Positions 33,092 to 47,283 of a stretch of 64,000 bases of DNA are shown here, piece by piece. This DNA comes from Escherichia coli (GTDB taxonomy: Bacteria; Pseudomonadota; Gammaproteobacteria; Enterobacterales; Enterobacteriaceae): NCBI RefSeq assembly GCF_003334405.1, contig NZ_QOWM01000017.1. One strand, written 5' to 3'. Both the position numbers and the translations under genes were made by a program. A model generated the notes under the pieces. It saw nothing but the letters and a program-made list of their open reading frames with translations, was not told where the DNA came from and did no database searches. The number at the start of each line of letters is the position of its first letter. Positions within the stretch are counted from its first letter, which is position 1.

Positions 33092-34914
33092 GCGCAATTT
33101 CCCTGATCAATAGCGGCGTGGCGTGGTTTGTCGCCGCCGCTGTTCTGGCATTTCTCTTTTCTTTTCAAAAAGCGTTAAGTGGCTGGATAGCTGGAATTGG
33201 CGGCGCGGTTGGTAGTCTGTATACGGCAGCCGCGGGCTTCACTGTACTGACTGGCGCGGTTGGCGTGAGCGGTGCGCTGTCGCTGGTAAGCTACGATGTG
33301 CAAATCTCTCCGCTTAACGCGATTTGGCTGATTACGCTCGGTCTGTGCGGTCTGTTTGTCAGCCTCTACAACATTGACTGGCATCGCCACGCGCAGGTGA
33401 AGTGCAACGGCTTGCAGATCAATATGTTGATGGCTGCCGCCGTCTGCGCCGTCATTGCCAGCAACCTCGGCATGTTCGTGGTAATGGCCGAAATCATGGC
33501 CCTGTGCGCGGTGTTCCTCACCAGCAACAGCAAAGAGGGCAAACTGTGGTTTGCGCTGGGGCGTCTTGGCACTCTGCTGCTGGCGATTGCTTGCTGGCTG
33601 CTGTGGCAGCGTTACGGCACGCTGGATCTGCGCCTGCTGGATATGCGTATGCAACAGCTGCCGCTCGGTTCCGATATCTGGCTGCTCGGAGTGATTGGCT
33701 TTGGCCTGCTGGCCGGGATTATTCCGCTGCACGGCTGGGTGCCGCAGGCACATGCGAACGCCTCTGCGCCAGCTGCCGCGTTGTTTTCTACGGTAGTCAT
33801 GAAAATTGGCCTGCTGGGCATTTTAACCCTGTCACTGCTGGGCGGTAATGCACCGCTGTGGTGGGGGATCGCGCTGCTGGTGCTCGGCATGATCACCGCG
33901 TTTGTCGGTGGTCTGTATGCGCTGGTGGAGCACAACATCCAGCGCCTGCTGGCTTACCACACCCTGGAAAATATCGGCATCATCCTGCTGGGGCTGGGCG
34001 CTGGCGTAACGGGTATCGCGCTCGAACAACCGGCGCTGATTGCTCTTGGCCTGGTCGGTGGTCTGTACCATCTGCTTAACCATAGCCTGTTCAAAAGCGT
34101 ACTGTTCCTCGGGGCGGGGAGCGTCTGGTTCCGTACCGGTCATCGCGATATCGAAAAACTCGGTGGTATTGGCAAGAAAATGCCGGTTATCTCCATCGCC
34201 ATGTTAGTCGGGCTGATGGCAATGGCTGCGCTGCCGCCGCTGAATGGTTTTGCCGGGGAATGGGTTATCTATCAATCATTTTTCAAACTGAGCAATAGTG
34301 GCGCGTTTGTTGCCCGTCTGCTGGGGCCGCTGCTCGCTGTGGGGCTGGCAATTACCGGTGCGCTGGCGGTGATGTGTATGGCGAAAGTCTATGGCGTCAC
34401 GTTCCTCGGCGCGCCGCGCACCAAAGAAGCCGAAAACGCCACCTGTGCGCCGCTCCTGATGAGCGTAAGCGTAGTGGCACTGGCGATTTGCTGCGTAATT
34501 GGCGGTGTTGCTGCGCCGTGGCTACTGCCGATGCTCTCTGCTGCTGTACCTCTGCCGCTGGAGCCTGCTAACACCACCGTTTCTCAACCGATGATCACGT
34601 TGCTGCTGATTGCCTGCCCGCTGCTGCCATTCATCATTATGGCGATTTGCAAAGGCGATCGTTTGCCATCGCGTTCCCGCGGTGCGGCCTGGGTGTGCGG
34701 TTACGACCACGAAAAATCAATGGTGATTACCGCTCACGGTTTTGCCATGCCGGTGAAACAGGCGTTTGCGCCGGTGCTGAAACTACGCAAATGGCTGAAT
34801 CCGGTGTCTCTGGTGCCGGGCTGGCAGTGCGAGGGGAGTGCGTTGCTGTTCCGCCGGATGGCGCTGGTTGAACTGGCGGTACTGGTGGTGATTATTGTTT
34901 CACGAGGAGCCTGA
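33088..34914 (+). CDS. hycC: Formate hydrogenlyase membrane subunit HycC (NuoL/antiporter-like)
   Basis: Track ORF 608 aa; polytopic membrane protein. Confidence 0.95.
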   Translation: MSAISLINSGVAWFVAAAVLAFLFSFQKALSGWIAGIGGAVGSLYTAAAGFTVLTGAVGVSGALSLVSYDVQISPLNAIWLITLGLCGLFVSLYNIDWHRHAQVKCNGLQINMLMAAAVCAVIASNLGMFVVMAEIMALCAVFLTSNSKEGKLWFALGRLGTLLLAIACWLLWQRYGTLDLRLLDMRMQQLPLGSDIWLLGVIGFGLLAGIIPLHGWVPQAHANASAPAAALFSTVVMKIGLLGILTLSLLGGNAPLWWGIALLVLGMITAFVGGLYALVEHNIQRLLAYHTLENIGIILLGLGAGVTGIALEQPALIALGLVGGLYHLLNHSLFKSVLFLGAGSVWFRTGHRDIEKLGGIGKKMPVISIAMLVGLMAMAALPPLNGFAGEWVIYQSFFKLSNSGAFVARLLGPLLAVGLAITGALAVMCMAKVYGVTFLGAPRTKEAENATCAPLLMSVSVVALAICCVIGGVAAPWLLPMLSAAVPLPLEPANTTVSQPMITLLLIACPLLPFIIMAICKGDRLPSRSRGAAWVCGYDHEKSMVITAHGFAMPVKQAFAPVLKLRKWLNPVSLVPGWQCEGSALLFRRMALVELAVLVVIIVSRGA

Positions 34915-34916
34915 GA

Positions 34917-35840
34917 ATGAGTGTTTTATATCCGTTAATTCAGGCGCTGGTGTTATTTGCCGTTGCGCCGCTGCTCTCCGGTATAACCCGCGTGGCGCGC
35001 GCCCGCTTGCATAACCGTCGCGGGCCGGGCGTGTTGCAGGAGTATCGCGACATTATCAAACTGCTGGGGCGTCAGAGCGTCGGCCCGGATGCCTCCGGCT
35101 GGGTGTTCCGCCTGACGCCGTATGTGATGGTGGGCGTCATGCTGACTATCGCTACTGCGCTGCCGGTGGTGACCGTCGGTTCTCCGCTGCCGCAACTGGG
35201 TGATTTGATCACCTTACTGTATCTCTTTGCCATCGCGCGTTTCTTCTTTGCCATTTCTGGTCTGGATACCGGTAGCCCGTTTACCGCTATCGGCGCGAGC
35301 CGTGAAGCGATGCTTGGCGTGCTGGTCGAACCGATGCTGCTGCTTGGTCTGTGGGTTGCCGCACAGGTTGCCGGTTCCACCAACATCAGCAACATCACCG
35401 ACACCGTTTATCACTGGCCGCTGAGCCAGAGCATCCCGCTGGTACTGGCGCTTTGTGCCTGTGCGTTCGCCACCTTTATCGAAATGGGCAAACTGCCGTT
35501 CGACCTGGCGGAAGCCGAGCAGGAGCTGCAGGAAGGCCCGCTCTCTGAATACAGCGGCAGCGGCTTTGGCGTCATGAAATGGGGTATCAGCCTGAAACAG
35601 CTGGTGGTGTTGCAGATGTTCGTCGGGGTGTTTATTCCGTGGGGACAAATGGAAACCTTCACCGCCGGTGGACTGCTGCTGGCGCTGGTGATTGCCATCG
35701 TAAAACTGGTGGTCGGCGTCCTGGTTATCGCGCTGTTCGAAAACAGCATGGCCCGTCTGCGTCTTGATATTACTCCGCGCATTACCTGGGCTGGGTTTGG
35801 CTTTGCATTTTTAGCGTTCGTCTCCTTGCTGGCGGCGTGA
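34917..35840 (+). CDS. hycD: Formate hydrogenlyase membrane subunit HycD (NuoH-like)
   Basis: Track ORF 307 aa; polytopic membrane protein. Confidence 0.95.
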   Translation: MSVLYPLIQALVLFAVAPLLSGITRVARARLHNRRGPGVLQEYRDIIKLLGRQSVGPDASGWVFRLTPYVMVGVMLTIATALPVVTVGSPLPQLGDLITLLYLFAIARFFFAISGLDTGSPFTAIGASREAMLGVLVEPMLLLGLWVAAQVAGSTNISNITDTVYHWPLSQSIPLVLALCACAFATFIEMGKLPFDLAEAEQELQEGPLSEYSGSGFGVMKWGISLKQLVVLQMFVGVFIPWGQMETFTAGGLLLALVIAIVKLVVGVLVIALFENSMARLRLDITPRITWAGFGFAFLAFVSLLAA

Positions 35841-35857
35841 TTAAAGAGAGTTTGAGC

Positions 35858-37567
35858 ATGTCTGAAGAAAAATTAGGTCAACATTATCTCGCCGCGCTGA
35901 ATGAGGCATTTCCGGGCGTCGTGCTGGACCACGCCTGGCAGACCAAAGATCAGCTGACTGTCACCGTAAAGGTGAACTACCTGCCGGAAGTGGTGGAGTT
36001 TCTTTACTACAAACAGGGTGGCTGGCTGTCGGTGCTGTTTGGTAACGACGAACGCAAACTGAATGGTCATTACGCCGTTTACTACGTGCTGTCGATGGAG
36101 AAGGGCACTAAGTGTTGGATTACGGTTCGCGTCGAAGTTGACGCCAACAAACCGGAATATCCGTCCGTGACGCCGCGCGTTCCGGCGGCGGTGTGGGGCG
36201 AGCGTGAAGTGCGCGATATGTACGGTTTGATTCCGGTTGGTCTGCCGGATGAACGTCGTCTGGTGCTGCCGGATGACTGGCCGGATGAACTTTATCCGCT
36301 GCGTAAAGACAGCATGGATTATCGTCAGCGTCCGGCACCGACCACCGATGCTGAAACCTACGAGTTCATCAACGAACTGGGCGACAAGAAAAACAACGTC
36401 GTGCCGATTGGTCCGCTGCACGTCACTTCTGATGAACCGGGCCACTTCCGTCTGTTCGTCGATGGCGAAAACATTATCGACGCCGACTACCGTCTGTTCT
36501 ACGTCCATCGCGGCATGGAAAAACTGGCGGAAACCCGTATGGGTTATAACGAAGTGACCTTCCTCTCTGACCGTGTGTGCGGGATCTGCGGCTTTGCCCA
36601 CAGCACCGCCTACACCACGTCGGTGGAAAACGCGATGGGTATTCAGGTGCCAGAACGTGCGCAGATGATCCGCGCCATTCTGCTGGAGGTAGAACGCTTG
36701 CACTCGCATCTGCTCAACCTTGGCCTGGCCTGTCACTTTACCGGCTTCGACTCCGGCTTTATGCAGTTCTTCCGCGTGCGTGAAACCTCCATGAAAATGG
36801 CAGAGATCCTTACCGGTGCGCGTAAAACCTACGGCCTGAACTTGATCGGCGGGATTCGTCGCGATCTGCTGAAAGACGACATGATCCAGACCCGCCAGCT
36901 GGCACAACAGATGCGTCGTGAAGTGCAGGAGCTGGTGGATGTGCTGCTGAGCACTCCGAACATGGAACAGCGCACTGTCGGCATTGGTCGTCTGGACCCG
37001 GAAATCGCTCGCGACTTCAGTAACGTCGGCCCGATGGTCCGTGCCAGCGGTCACGCCCGTGATACCCGCGCCGATCACCCGTTTGTCGGCTATGGCCTGC
37101 TGCCAATGGAAGTCCACAGCGAGCAGGGCTGCGACGTTATTTCCCGTCTGAAAGTGCGTATCAACGAAGTCTATACCGCGCTGAACATGATCGACTACGG
37201 TCTGGATAACCTGCCGGGTGGCCCACTGATGGTGGAAGGCTTTACCTACATTCCGCACCGCTTTGCGCTGGGCTTTGCCGAAGCGCCGCGCGGCGATGAT
37301 ATCCACTGGAGCATGACCGGCGACAACCAGAAGCTGTACCGCTGGCGCTGCCGTGCCGCGACCTACGCGAACTGGCCGACCCTGCGCTACATGCTGCGCG
37401 GCAACACCGTTTCCGATGCGCCGCTGATTATCGGTAGCCTCGACCCTTGCTACTCCTGTACCGACCGCATGACCGTGGTCGATGTGCGTAAGAAGAAGAG
37501 CAAAGTGGTGCCGTACAAAGAACTCGAGCGTTACAGCATTGAGCGTAAAAACTCGCCGCTGAAATAA
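35858..37567 (+). CDS. hycE: Hydrogenase 3 large subunit HycE ([NiFe] catalytic subunit)
   Basis: Track ORF 35837..37567; start moved to MSEEKLGQHYL (569 aa); RVCGICGFAHS Ni-binding motif and C-terminal DPCYSCTDR. Confidence 0.95.
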   Translation: MSEEKLGQHYLAALNEAFPGVVLDHAWQTKDQLTVTVKVNYLPEVVEFLYYKQGGWLSVLFGNDERKLNGHYAVYYVLSMEKGTKCWITVRVEVDANKPEYPSVTPRVPAAVWGEREVRDMYGLIPVGLPDERRLVLPDDWPDELYPLRKDSMDYRQRPAPTTDAETYEFINELGDKKNNVVPIGPLHVTSDEPGHFRLFVDGENIIDADYRLFYVHRGMEKLAETRMGYNEVTFLSDRVCGICGFAHSTAYTTSVENAMGIQVPERAQMIRAILLEVERLHSHLLNLGLACHFTGFDSGFMQFFRVRETSMKMAEILTGARKTYGLNLIGGIRRDLLKDDMIQTRQLAQQMRREVQELVDVLLSTPNMEQRTVGIGRLDPEIARDFSNVGPMVRASGHARDTRADHPFVGYGLLPMEVHSEQGCDVISRLKVRINEVYTALNMIDYGLDNLPGGPLMVEGFTYIPHRFALGFAEAPRGDDIHWSMTGDNQKLYRWRCRAATYANWPTLRYMLRGNTVSDAPLIIGSLDPCYSCTDRMTVVDVRKKKSKVVPYKELERYSIERKNSPLK

Positions 37568-37576
37568 GGAATCGCC

Positions 37577-38119
37577 ATGTTTACCTTTATCAAAAAAGTC
37601 ATCAAAACCGGCACGGCGACCTCGTCTTATCCGCTGGAGCCGATTGCGGTTGATAAAAACTTCCGTGGTAAGCCAGAGCAGAACCCGCAGCAGTGCATCG
37701 GCTGCGCGGCCTGCGTCAATGCCTGCCCGTCAAACGCCTTAACGGTTGAAACTGACCTCGCCACAGGAGAGCTTGCCTGGGAGTTTAATCTTGGGCACTG
37801 CATCTTCTGTGGACGCTGCGAAGAAGTCTGCCCGACGGCGGCGATCAAACTGTCGCAAGAGTACGAACTGGCGGTGTGGAAGAAAGAAGACTTCCTGCAA
37901 CAGTCCCGCTTCGCGCTGTGCAACTGCCGCGTCTGCAATCGTCCTTTCGCCGTCCAGAAAGAGATCGACTACGCCATTGCGCTGCTTAAGCACAACGGCG
38001 ACAGCCGCGCGGAAAACCACCGCGAAAGCTTTGAGACTTGCCCGGAATGTAAGCGCCAGAAATGCCTGGTGCCGTCCGACCGTATTGAACTGACTCGCCA
38101 TATGAAAGAGGCCATCTGA
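37577..38119 (+). CDS. hycF: Formate hydrogenlyase Fe-S subunit HycF
   Basis: Track ORF 180 aa; two 4Fe-4S ferredoxin motifs ([24 protein letters not shown]). Confidence 0.95.
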   Translation: MFTFIKKVIKTGTATSSYPLEPIAVDKNFRGKPEQNPQQCIGCAACVNACPSNALTVETDLATGELAWEFNLGHCIFCGRCEEVCPTAAIKLSQEYELAVWKKEDFLQQSRFALCNCRVCNRPFAVQKEIDYAIALLKHNGDSRAENHRESFETCPECKRQKCLVPSDRIELTRHMKEAI

Positions 38120-38886
38120 TGAGCAATTTATTAGGCCCCCGTGACGCCAACGGCATTCCGGTCCCCATGACGGTGGATGAATCCATCGCCAGCATGAAGG
38201 CGTCGTTACTGAAAAAAATCAAACGTTCTGCCTATGTTTACCGCGTGGACTGCGGCGGCTGCAACGGTTGCGAAATCGAAATTTTCGCCACGCTTTCGCC
38301 GCTGTTTGATGCAGAACGCTTCGGCATTAAAGTCGTTCCTTCACCGCGTCATGCGGATATTTTACTGTTTACCGGCGCGGTCACCCGTGCAATGCGATCC
38401 CCTGCGCTGCGTGCGTGGCAGTCCGCGCCGGACCCGAAAATTTGTATCTCCTACGGTGCCTGCGGTAACAGTGGCGGGATCTTCCACGATCTCTACTGCG
38501 TGTGGGGCGGTACGGATAAAATTGTCCCTGTGGATGTTTATATCCCTGGCTGCCCGCCAACGCCTGCCGCCACGCTGTACGGCTTTGCAATGGCGCTCGG
38601 CCTGCTGGAGCAGAAAATTCACGCCCGTGGGCCGGGTGAACTGGATGAACAACCGGCGGAGATCCTGCATGGTGATATGGTGCAGCCGCTGCGCGTGAAA
38701 GTGGATCGCGAAGCACGTCGCCTGGCGGGTTATCGTTACGGTCGTCAGATTGCCGATGATTACCTTACACAGTTAGGGCAGGGCGAAGAACAGGTTGCAC
38801 GCTGGCTGGAAGCGGAAAACGATCCGCGTCTGAACGAGATTGTCAGCCATCTGAATCATGTTGTTGAAGAGGCGCGTATCCGATGA
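38119..38886 (+). CDS. hycG: Hydrogenase 3 small subunit HycG
   Basis: Track ORF 255 aa; NuoB-like CGGC...GCPP motifs. Confidence 0.95.
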
Positions 38887-39293
38887 GTGAAAAGGTGGTG
38901 TTCAGTCAACTGAGCCGTAAATTTATTGATGAGAACGATGCCACGCCCGCCGAGGCGCAGCAGGTGGTCTATTACAGCCTGGCGATTGGTCACCACCTTG
39001 GGGTTATCGATTGCCTGGAAGCGGCGCTCACCTGCCCGTGGGATGAATATCTGGCATGGATTGCCACTCTGGAGGCAGGCAGTGAAGCCCGCCGCAAAAT
39101 GGAAGGCGTGCCGAAATATGGTGAGATCGTCATCGACATTAACCATGTGCCGATGCTGGCCAACGCATTCGATAAAGCCCGGGCAGCGCAAACTTCGCAG
39201 CAGCAGGAATGGAGTACAATGCTGTTAAGTATGCTGCATGATATTCATCAGGAAAACGCCATCTATTTGATGGTGAGGAGACTGCGTGACTGA
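38883..39293 (+). CDS. hycH: Formate hydrogenlyase maturation protein HycH
   Basis: Track ORF 136 aa; conserved operon position. Confidence 0.9.
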   Translation: MSEKVVFSQLSRKFIDENDATPAEAQQVVYYSLAIGHHLGVIDCLEAALTCPWDEYLAWIATLEAGSEARRKMEGVPKYGEIVIDINHVPMLANAFDKARAAQTSQQQEWSTMLLSMLHDIHQENAIYLMVRRLRD

Positions 39294-39756
39294 CGTTTTA
39301 CTCTGTGTTGGCAATAGCATGATGGGCGATGATGGCGCAGGTCCGCTGCTGGCGGAAAAGTGCGCCGCCGCGCCGAAAGGTAACTGGGTGGTGATTGACG
39401 GCGGTAGCGCACCGGAAAACGACATCGTCGCTATCCGTGAACTGCGCCCGACACGACTGCTGATTGTCGACGCCACGGATATGGGGCTAAACCCCGGCGA
39501 GATCCGCATCATCGACCCGGATGATATCGCCGAGATGTTTATGATGACTACCCATAACATGCCGTTGAATTACCTTATCGACCAGTTGAAAGAAGATATT
39601 GGCGAAGTGATTTTCCTCGGCATTCAGCCGGATATCGTCGGCTTTTACTACCCGATGACCCAGCCGATTAAAGATGCGGTAGAAACCGTTTATCAACGAC
39701 TGGAAGGCTGGGAAGGAAATGGCGGCTTCGCGCAGTTAGCGGTGGAAGAAGAGTAG
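39286..39756 (+). CDS. hycI: Hydrogenase 3 maturation endopeptidase HycI
   Basis: Track ORF 156 aa; last hyc gene. Confidence 0.95.
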   Translation: MTDVLLCVGNSMMGDDGAGPLLAEKCAAAPKGNWVVIDGGSAPENDIVAIRELRPTRLLIVDATDMGLNPGEIRIIDPDDIAEMFMMTTHNMPLNYLIDQLKEDIGEVIFLGIQPDIVGFYYPMTQPIKDAVETVYQRLEGWEGNGGFAQLAVEEE

Positions 39757-39825
39757 TTTTTCATTAAGGAATCAGGACAGGGATGTTCTTGATGGGGTGA
39801 ACCAGCTCTGATGCCAAATGCTAAA

Positions 39826-39908
39826 TTGCCCGATGCGCTGCGCTTATCGGGCCTTCATGGTTCGTGCGACATGTAGGCCGGATAAGGCGTTCACGCCGCA
39901 TCCGGCAC
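39826..39908. repeat. REP/BIME element (two inverted REP palindromes) between convergent hycI and ascB
   Basis: GCCCGATGCGCTGCGCTTATCGGGCC and GTAGGCCGGATAAGGCGTTCACGCCGCATCCGGCA, matching the E. coli REP consensus. Confidence 0.8.
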
Positions 39909-39914
39909 TGTTAC

Positions 39915-42805
<2,891 letters not shown>

Positions 42806-42888
42806 CGGATTTTATCCTGTTATCAGTAGGGTAGATGTAGTTGTTATCAGTCGACGTGACGGAAAAATGCCGATGCTGAAACGGAATT

Positions 42889-42978
42889 AAGAAACCGGTT
42901 TCACAAAATCATGAATAGTTGTCACTAAATAAGCAAGAGAGTGAATTGTTCATTTTTTATATTTGTGAAACCGGTCAC
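42889..42978. promoter_or_regulatory. Two GalR/LacI-type palindromic operators in the ascF/ascG divergent region (candidate AscG sites)
   Basis: AAGAAACCGGTTTCAC at 42889-42904 (perfect palindrome GAAACCGGTTTC) and TGTGAAACCGGTCAC at 42964-42978. Confidence 0.55.
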
Positions 42979-43061
42979 CTGAATATTTTTCCCGCCGATT
43001 GTGCAAGGACAATCGGCAAACGGTGCAGTACACTGCGTTGATTGCGTGTAAAGGGATGAAA

Positions 43062-44075
43062 ATGATGACGACGATGCTGGAAGTGGCGAAGCGCGCCGGG
43101 GTTTCAAAAGCGACCGTTTCCCGCGTGCTTTCAGGTAATGGCTACGTCAGCCAGGAGACTAAAGATCGCGTGTTTCAGGCGGTAGAAGAGAGCGGTTACC
43201 GTCCAAACTTGCTGGCGCGCAATCTGTCGGCGAAGAGTACTCAGACGCTGGGGCTGGTAGTGACCAACACGCTTTACCACGGCATTTATTTTAGTGAATT
43301 ACTCTTTCATGCCGCGCGAATGGCGGAAGAGAAAGGGCGGCAGTTGCTATTGGCAGATGGTAAACACAGCGCAGAAGAAGAGCGCCAGGCGATTCAGTAT
43401 CTGCTGGATCTGCGCTGCGACGCGATCATGATTTACCCGCGTTTTTTAAGCGTGGATGAGATCGATGACATCATTGACGCGCACAGTCAGCCGATAATGG
43501 TGCTTAATCGCCGCCTGCGCAAAAACAGCAGCCATAGCGTCTGGTGCGATCATAAACAGACCAGTTTTAACGCCGTGGCAGAGTTGATAAACGCCGGGCA
43601 TCAGGAGATTGCTTTCCTTACCGGCTCGATGGATTCCCCCACCAGCATTGAACGTCTTGCCGGGTATAAAGACGCGCTGGCGCAGCATGGTATTGCGCTC
43701 AATGAAAAACTTATCGCTAACGGTAAATGGACGCCTGCCAGCGGGGCCGAAGGGGTAGAAATGTTGCTCGAACGTGGGGCTAAATTTAGCGCGTTAGTTG
43801 CCAGTAACGACGATATGGCGATAGGTGCGATGAAAGCGTTACACGAGCGCGGCGTAGCGGTGCCAGAGCAGGTGTCAGTTATCGGATTCGATGATATCGC
43901 TATTGCCCCCTACACCGTTCCGGCGCTCTCCAGCGTAAAAATTCCGGTGACTGAGATGATTCAGGAAATTATTGGACGGCTGATTTTTATGCTCGATGGC
44001 GGGGATTTCTCACCGCCGAAAACCTTCAGCGGAAAACTGATCCGCCGCGACTCACTCATTGCTCCTTCGCGATAA
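43062..44075 (+). CDS. ascG: LacI/GalR-family repressor of the asc operon
   Basis: Track ORF 42999..44075; start moved to ATG 43062/43065 (MMTTMLEVAKRAGVSKATVSRVL HTH), ~337 aa; full-length. Confidence 0.9.
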   Translation: MMTTMLEVAKRAGVSKATVSRVLSGNGYVSQETKDRVFQAVEESGYRPNLLARNLSAKSTQTLGLVVTNTLYHGIYFSELLFHAARMAEEKGRQLLLADGKHSAEEERQAIQYLLDLRCDAIMIYPRFLSVDEIDDIIDAHSQPIMVLNRRLRKNSSHSVWCDHKQTSFNAVAELINAGHQEIAFLTGSMDSPTSIERLAGYKDALAQHGIALNEKLIANGKWTPASGAEGVEMLLERGAKFSALVASNDDMAIGAMKALHERGVAVPEQVSVIGFDDIAIAPYTVPALSSVKIPVTEMIQEIIGRLIFMLDGGDFSPPKTFSGKLIRRDSLIAPSR

Positions 44076-44076
44076 A

Positions 44077-44118
44077 CATTGTCATCACATGTCATCGTCA
44101 CTAGTGTCGATGACATCG
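44077..44118. promoter_or_regulatory. FhlA-UAS-like motif upstream of hydN-hypF
   Basis: CATTGTCATCACATGTCATCGTCACTAGTGTCGATGACATCG contains the same TGTCGATGA and TGACAT elements seen at the two hyp/hyc sites. Confidence 0.4.
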
Positions 44119-44223
44119 TTTTTCCTGCATTACAGAAATTAATTTCCTTAAATAACAGTAAATTAAAAACTGGCATGATTTGTGAATGTATCGGCGCATT
44201 AACTGTCATTGCTGGAGAATTTG

Positions 44224-44751
44224 ATGAACCGTTTCATCATTGCTGACGCGAGTAAATGTATTGGTTGCCGTACCTGTGAAGTAGCGTGCGTGGTTTCTCA
44301 TCAGGAAAATCAGGACTGTGCATCGCTGACCCCGGAAACTTTTTTACCGCGTATCCATGTCATTAAAGGTGTGAACATTTCCACGGCGACAGTTTGCCGT
44401 CAGTGTGAAGATGCACCGTGCGCTAACGTCTGCCCGAATGGTGCTATCAGCCGTGATAAAGGGTTTGTTCATGTGATGCAGGAACGTTGCATTGGTTGCA
44501 AAACCTGCGTTGTGGCTTGCCCGTATGGTGCGATGGAAGTGGTGGTACGTCCGGTGATCCGCAACAGCGGCGCGGGTCTGAATGTACGGGCTGACAAAGC
44601 CGAAGCCAATAAATGCGACCTGTGCAACCATCGTGAAGACGGCCCGGCGTGTATGGCGGCTTGCCCGACTCATGCGCTGATTTGTGTCGATCGTAATAAA
44701 CTTGAACAACTGAGCGCAGAAAAACGCCGCCGTACGGCGCTGATGTTCTAA
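44224..44751 (+). CDS. hydN: Electron transport Fe-S protein HydN (4Fe-4S ferredoxin-type)
   Basis: Track ORF 44209..44751; start moved to [15 protein letters not shown] (175 aa); paralogous to HycB. Confidence 0.9.
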
Positions 44752-44903
44752 AAATCTTACAGAACTGTTCTGGCATCAAAGGAATTCCCGGAAATATTCG
44801 TAGAATACGGAGCGGGCGGTATCGCCGACCTGTGACTGCCGGATGCGACGCTGTCGTGTCCGGCAGGGCGGGTTACGCAATTCATGATGGCGGGAATAAC
44901 TCA

Positions 44904-47156
44904 ATGGCAAAAAACACATCTTGCGGTGTCCAACTGCGTATTCGTGGCAAAGTGCAGGGCGTCGGTTTTCGTCCGTTTGTCTGGCAGCTGGCACAGCAAT
45001 TAAATCTTCACGGCGATGTCTGTAATGACGGCGATGGCGTAGAAGTCCGGCTGCGGGAAGACCCGGAAACGTTTCTTGTTCAATTGTATCAGCACTGCCC
45101 GCCGCTGGCGCGTATTGATAGCGTCGAGCGTGAGCCGTTTATCTGGTCACAACTGCCCACCGAGTTCACTATACGCCAGAGCACAGGCGGCACCATGAAT
45201 ACGCAAATTGTTCCCGATGCCGCTACTTGCCCTGCTTGCCTTGCCGAAATGAATACCCCAGGCGAACGGCGTTATCGTTATCCGTTTATCAACTGTACCC
45301 ACTGCGGCCCGCGTTTCACCATTATTCGCGCCATGCCTTACGACCGCCCGTTTACCGTGATGGCGGCGTTTCCGCTATGTCCGGCCTGTGACAAAGAGTA
45401 CCGTGACCCGCTCGATCGTCGCTTCCACGCCCAGCCGGTGGCCTGCCCGGAGTGTGGCCCGCATCTTGAATGGGTAAGTCATGGTGAACATGCGGAACAA
45501 GAGGCGGCATTACAGGCAGCTATCGCACAGTTAAAAATGGGCAAAATTGTCGCCATCAAAGGGATTGGCGGATTTCATCTTGCCTGCGATGCACGTAACA
45601 GTAACGCGGTGGCGACACTTCGGGCGCGCAAACATCGCCCGGCGAAACCGCTGGCGGTCATGTTGCCAGTGGCTGACGGTTTACCAGACGCTGCGCGCCA
45701 GTTGCTTACCACGCCCGCCGCGCCGATTGTGCTGGTGGATAAAAAATACGTTCCTGAGCTTTGTGATGATATCGCCCCTGACCTTAACGAAGTCGGGGTA
45801 ATGTTGCCTGCGAACCCGCTCCAGCATTTGCTGTTACAGGAACTGCAATGCCCGCTGGTGATGACCTCCGGCAACCTGAGCGGTAAACCACCAGCTATCA
45901 GCAACGAACAGGCGCTGGCGGATTTGCAGGGCATTGCCGACGGATTCTTGATACATAACCGCGACATCGTGCAGCGGATGGATGATTCGGTGGTGCGCGA
46001 AAGCGGCGAAATGCTGCGCCGTTCGCGGGGGTATGTGCCGGATGCGCTGGCTTTGCCTCCGGGCTTTAAAAATGTTCCGCCTGTGCTGTGTCTCGGCGCG
46101 GATCTGAAAAATACCTTCTGCCTGGTGCGCGGTGAACAAGCGGTGTTGAGTCAGCATCTGGGCGATTTAAGTGACGATGGCATCCAGATGCAGTGGCGCG
46201 AAGCGTTACGCCTGATGCAAAACATCTACGATTTTACCCCGCAATACGTTGTGCATGACGCGCATCCGGGCTATGTCTCCAGCCAGTGGGCGCGTGAAAT
46301 GAATCTGCCGACGCAAACGGTACTGCATCATCATGCCCATGCAGCGGCGTGTCTGGCAGAGCATCAGTGGCCGCTGGATGGCGGTGATGTCATTGCTTTG
46401 ACGCTCGACGGTATCGGTATGGGGGAGAACGGCGCTTTGTGGGGCGGCGAGTGCCTGCGGGTGAACTATCGCGAATGTGAGCACCTGGGCGGCTTGCCTG
46501 CAGTGGCGCTTCCGGGTGGCGATTTGGCAGCGAAGCAGCCGTGGCGAAACCTGCTGGCGCAGTGCCTGCGCTTTGTGCCGGAGTGGCAGAATTACTCTGA
46601 AACAGCAAGTGTGCAACAGCAAAACTGGAGCGTGCTGGCGCGGGCCATTGAGCGTGGAATTAACGCGCCGCTGGCGTCATCGTGTGGGCGTTTTTTCGAT
46701 GCAGTGGCGGCGGCACTGGGCTGTGCGCCAGCCACGTTAAGTTATGAAGGTGAAGCGGCTTGTGCTCTGGAGGCGCTCGCAGCCTCATGCCACGGAGTGA
46801 CGCATCCGGTGACAATGCCGCGGGTGGACAATCAACTGGATCTCGCCACTTTCTGGCAGCAGTGGCTGAACTGGCAGGCACCGGTTAATCAACGCGCGTG
46901 GGCGTTTCATGATGCGCTGGCGCAGGGTTTTGCCGCGTTGATGCGTGAGCAGGCCACGATGCGTGGTATCACTACGCTGGTATTTAGCGGCGGGGTTATT
47001 CATAACCGTTTGCTGCGTGCACGTCTGGCGCATTATCTCGCTGATTTCACATTGCTCTTTCCACAGAGTTTACCGGCGGGTGATGGCGGTTTGTCTCTGG
47101 GGCAGGGGGTTATTGCTGCGGCGCGTTGGTTAGCGGGTGAAGTCCAGAACGGATAA
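44904..47156 (+). CDS. hypF: [NiFe]-hydrogenase maturation carbamoyltransferase HypF
   Basis: Track ORF 44832..47156; start moved to [15 protein letters not shown] (750 aa); acylphosphatase domain, two CxxC zinc fingers, YrdC and Kae1-like domains. Confidence 0.95.
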
Positions 47157-47180
47157 AACGTGTTGCATTTGGACACCATT

Positions 47181-47263
<83 letters not shown>

Positions 47264-47283
47264 TTTTAGGCACAGTAGCCCAC

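Noticed and set aside
35873-37306. 477-aa minus-strand ORF
   Set aside because: Antisense to hycE (clear [NiFe] large-subunit motifs on the plus strand); histidine/arginine-rich low-complexity translation typical of spurious antisense ORFs.
44160-44180. Candidate sigma54 promoter for hydN at CTGGCATGATTTGTGAA
   Set aside because: The -12 element is not GC at the required spacing (GG-N10 gives GA), so no promoter is called even though an FhlA-like UAS is present upstream.
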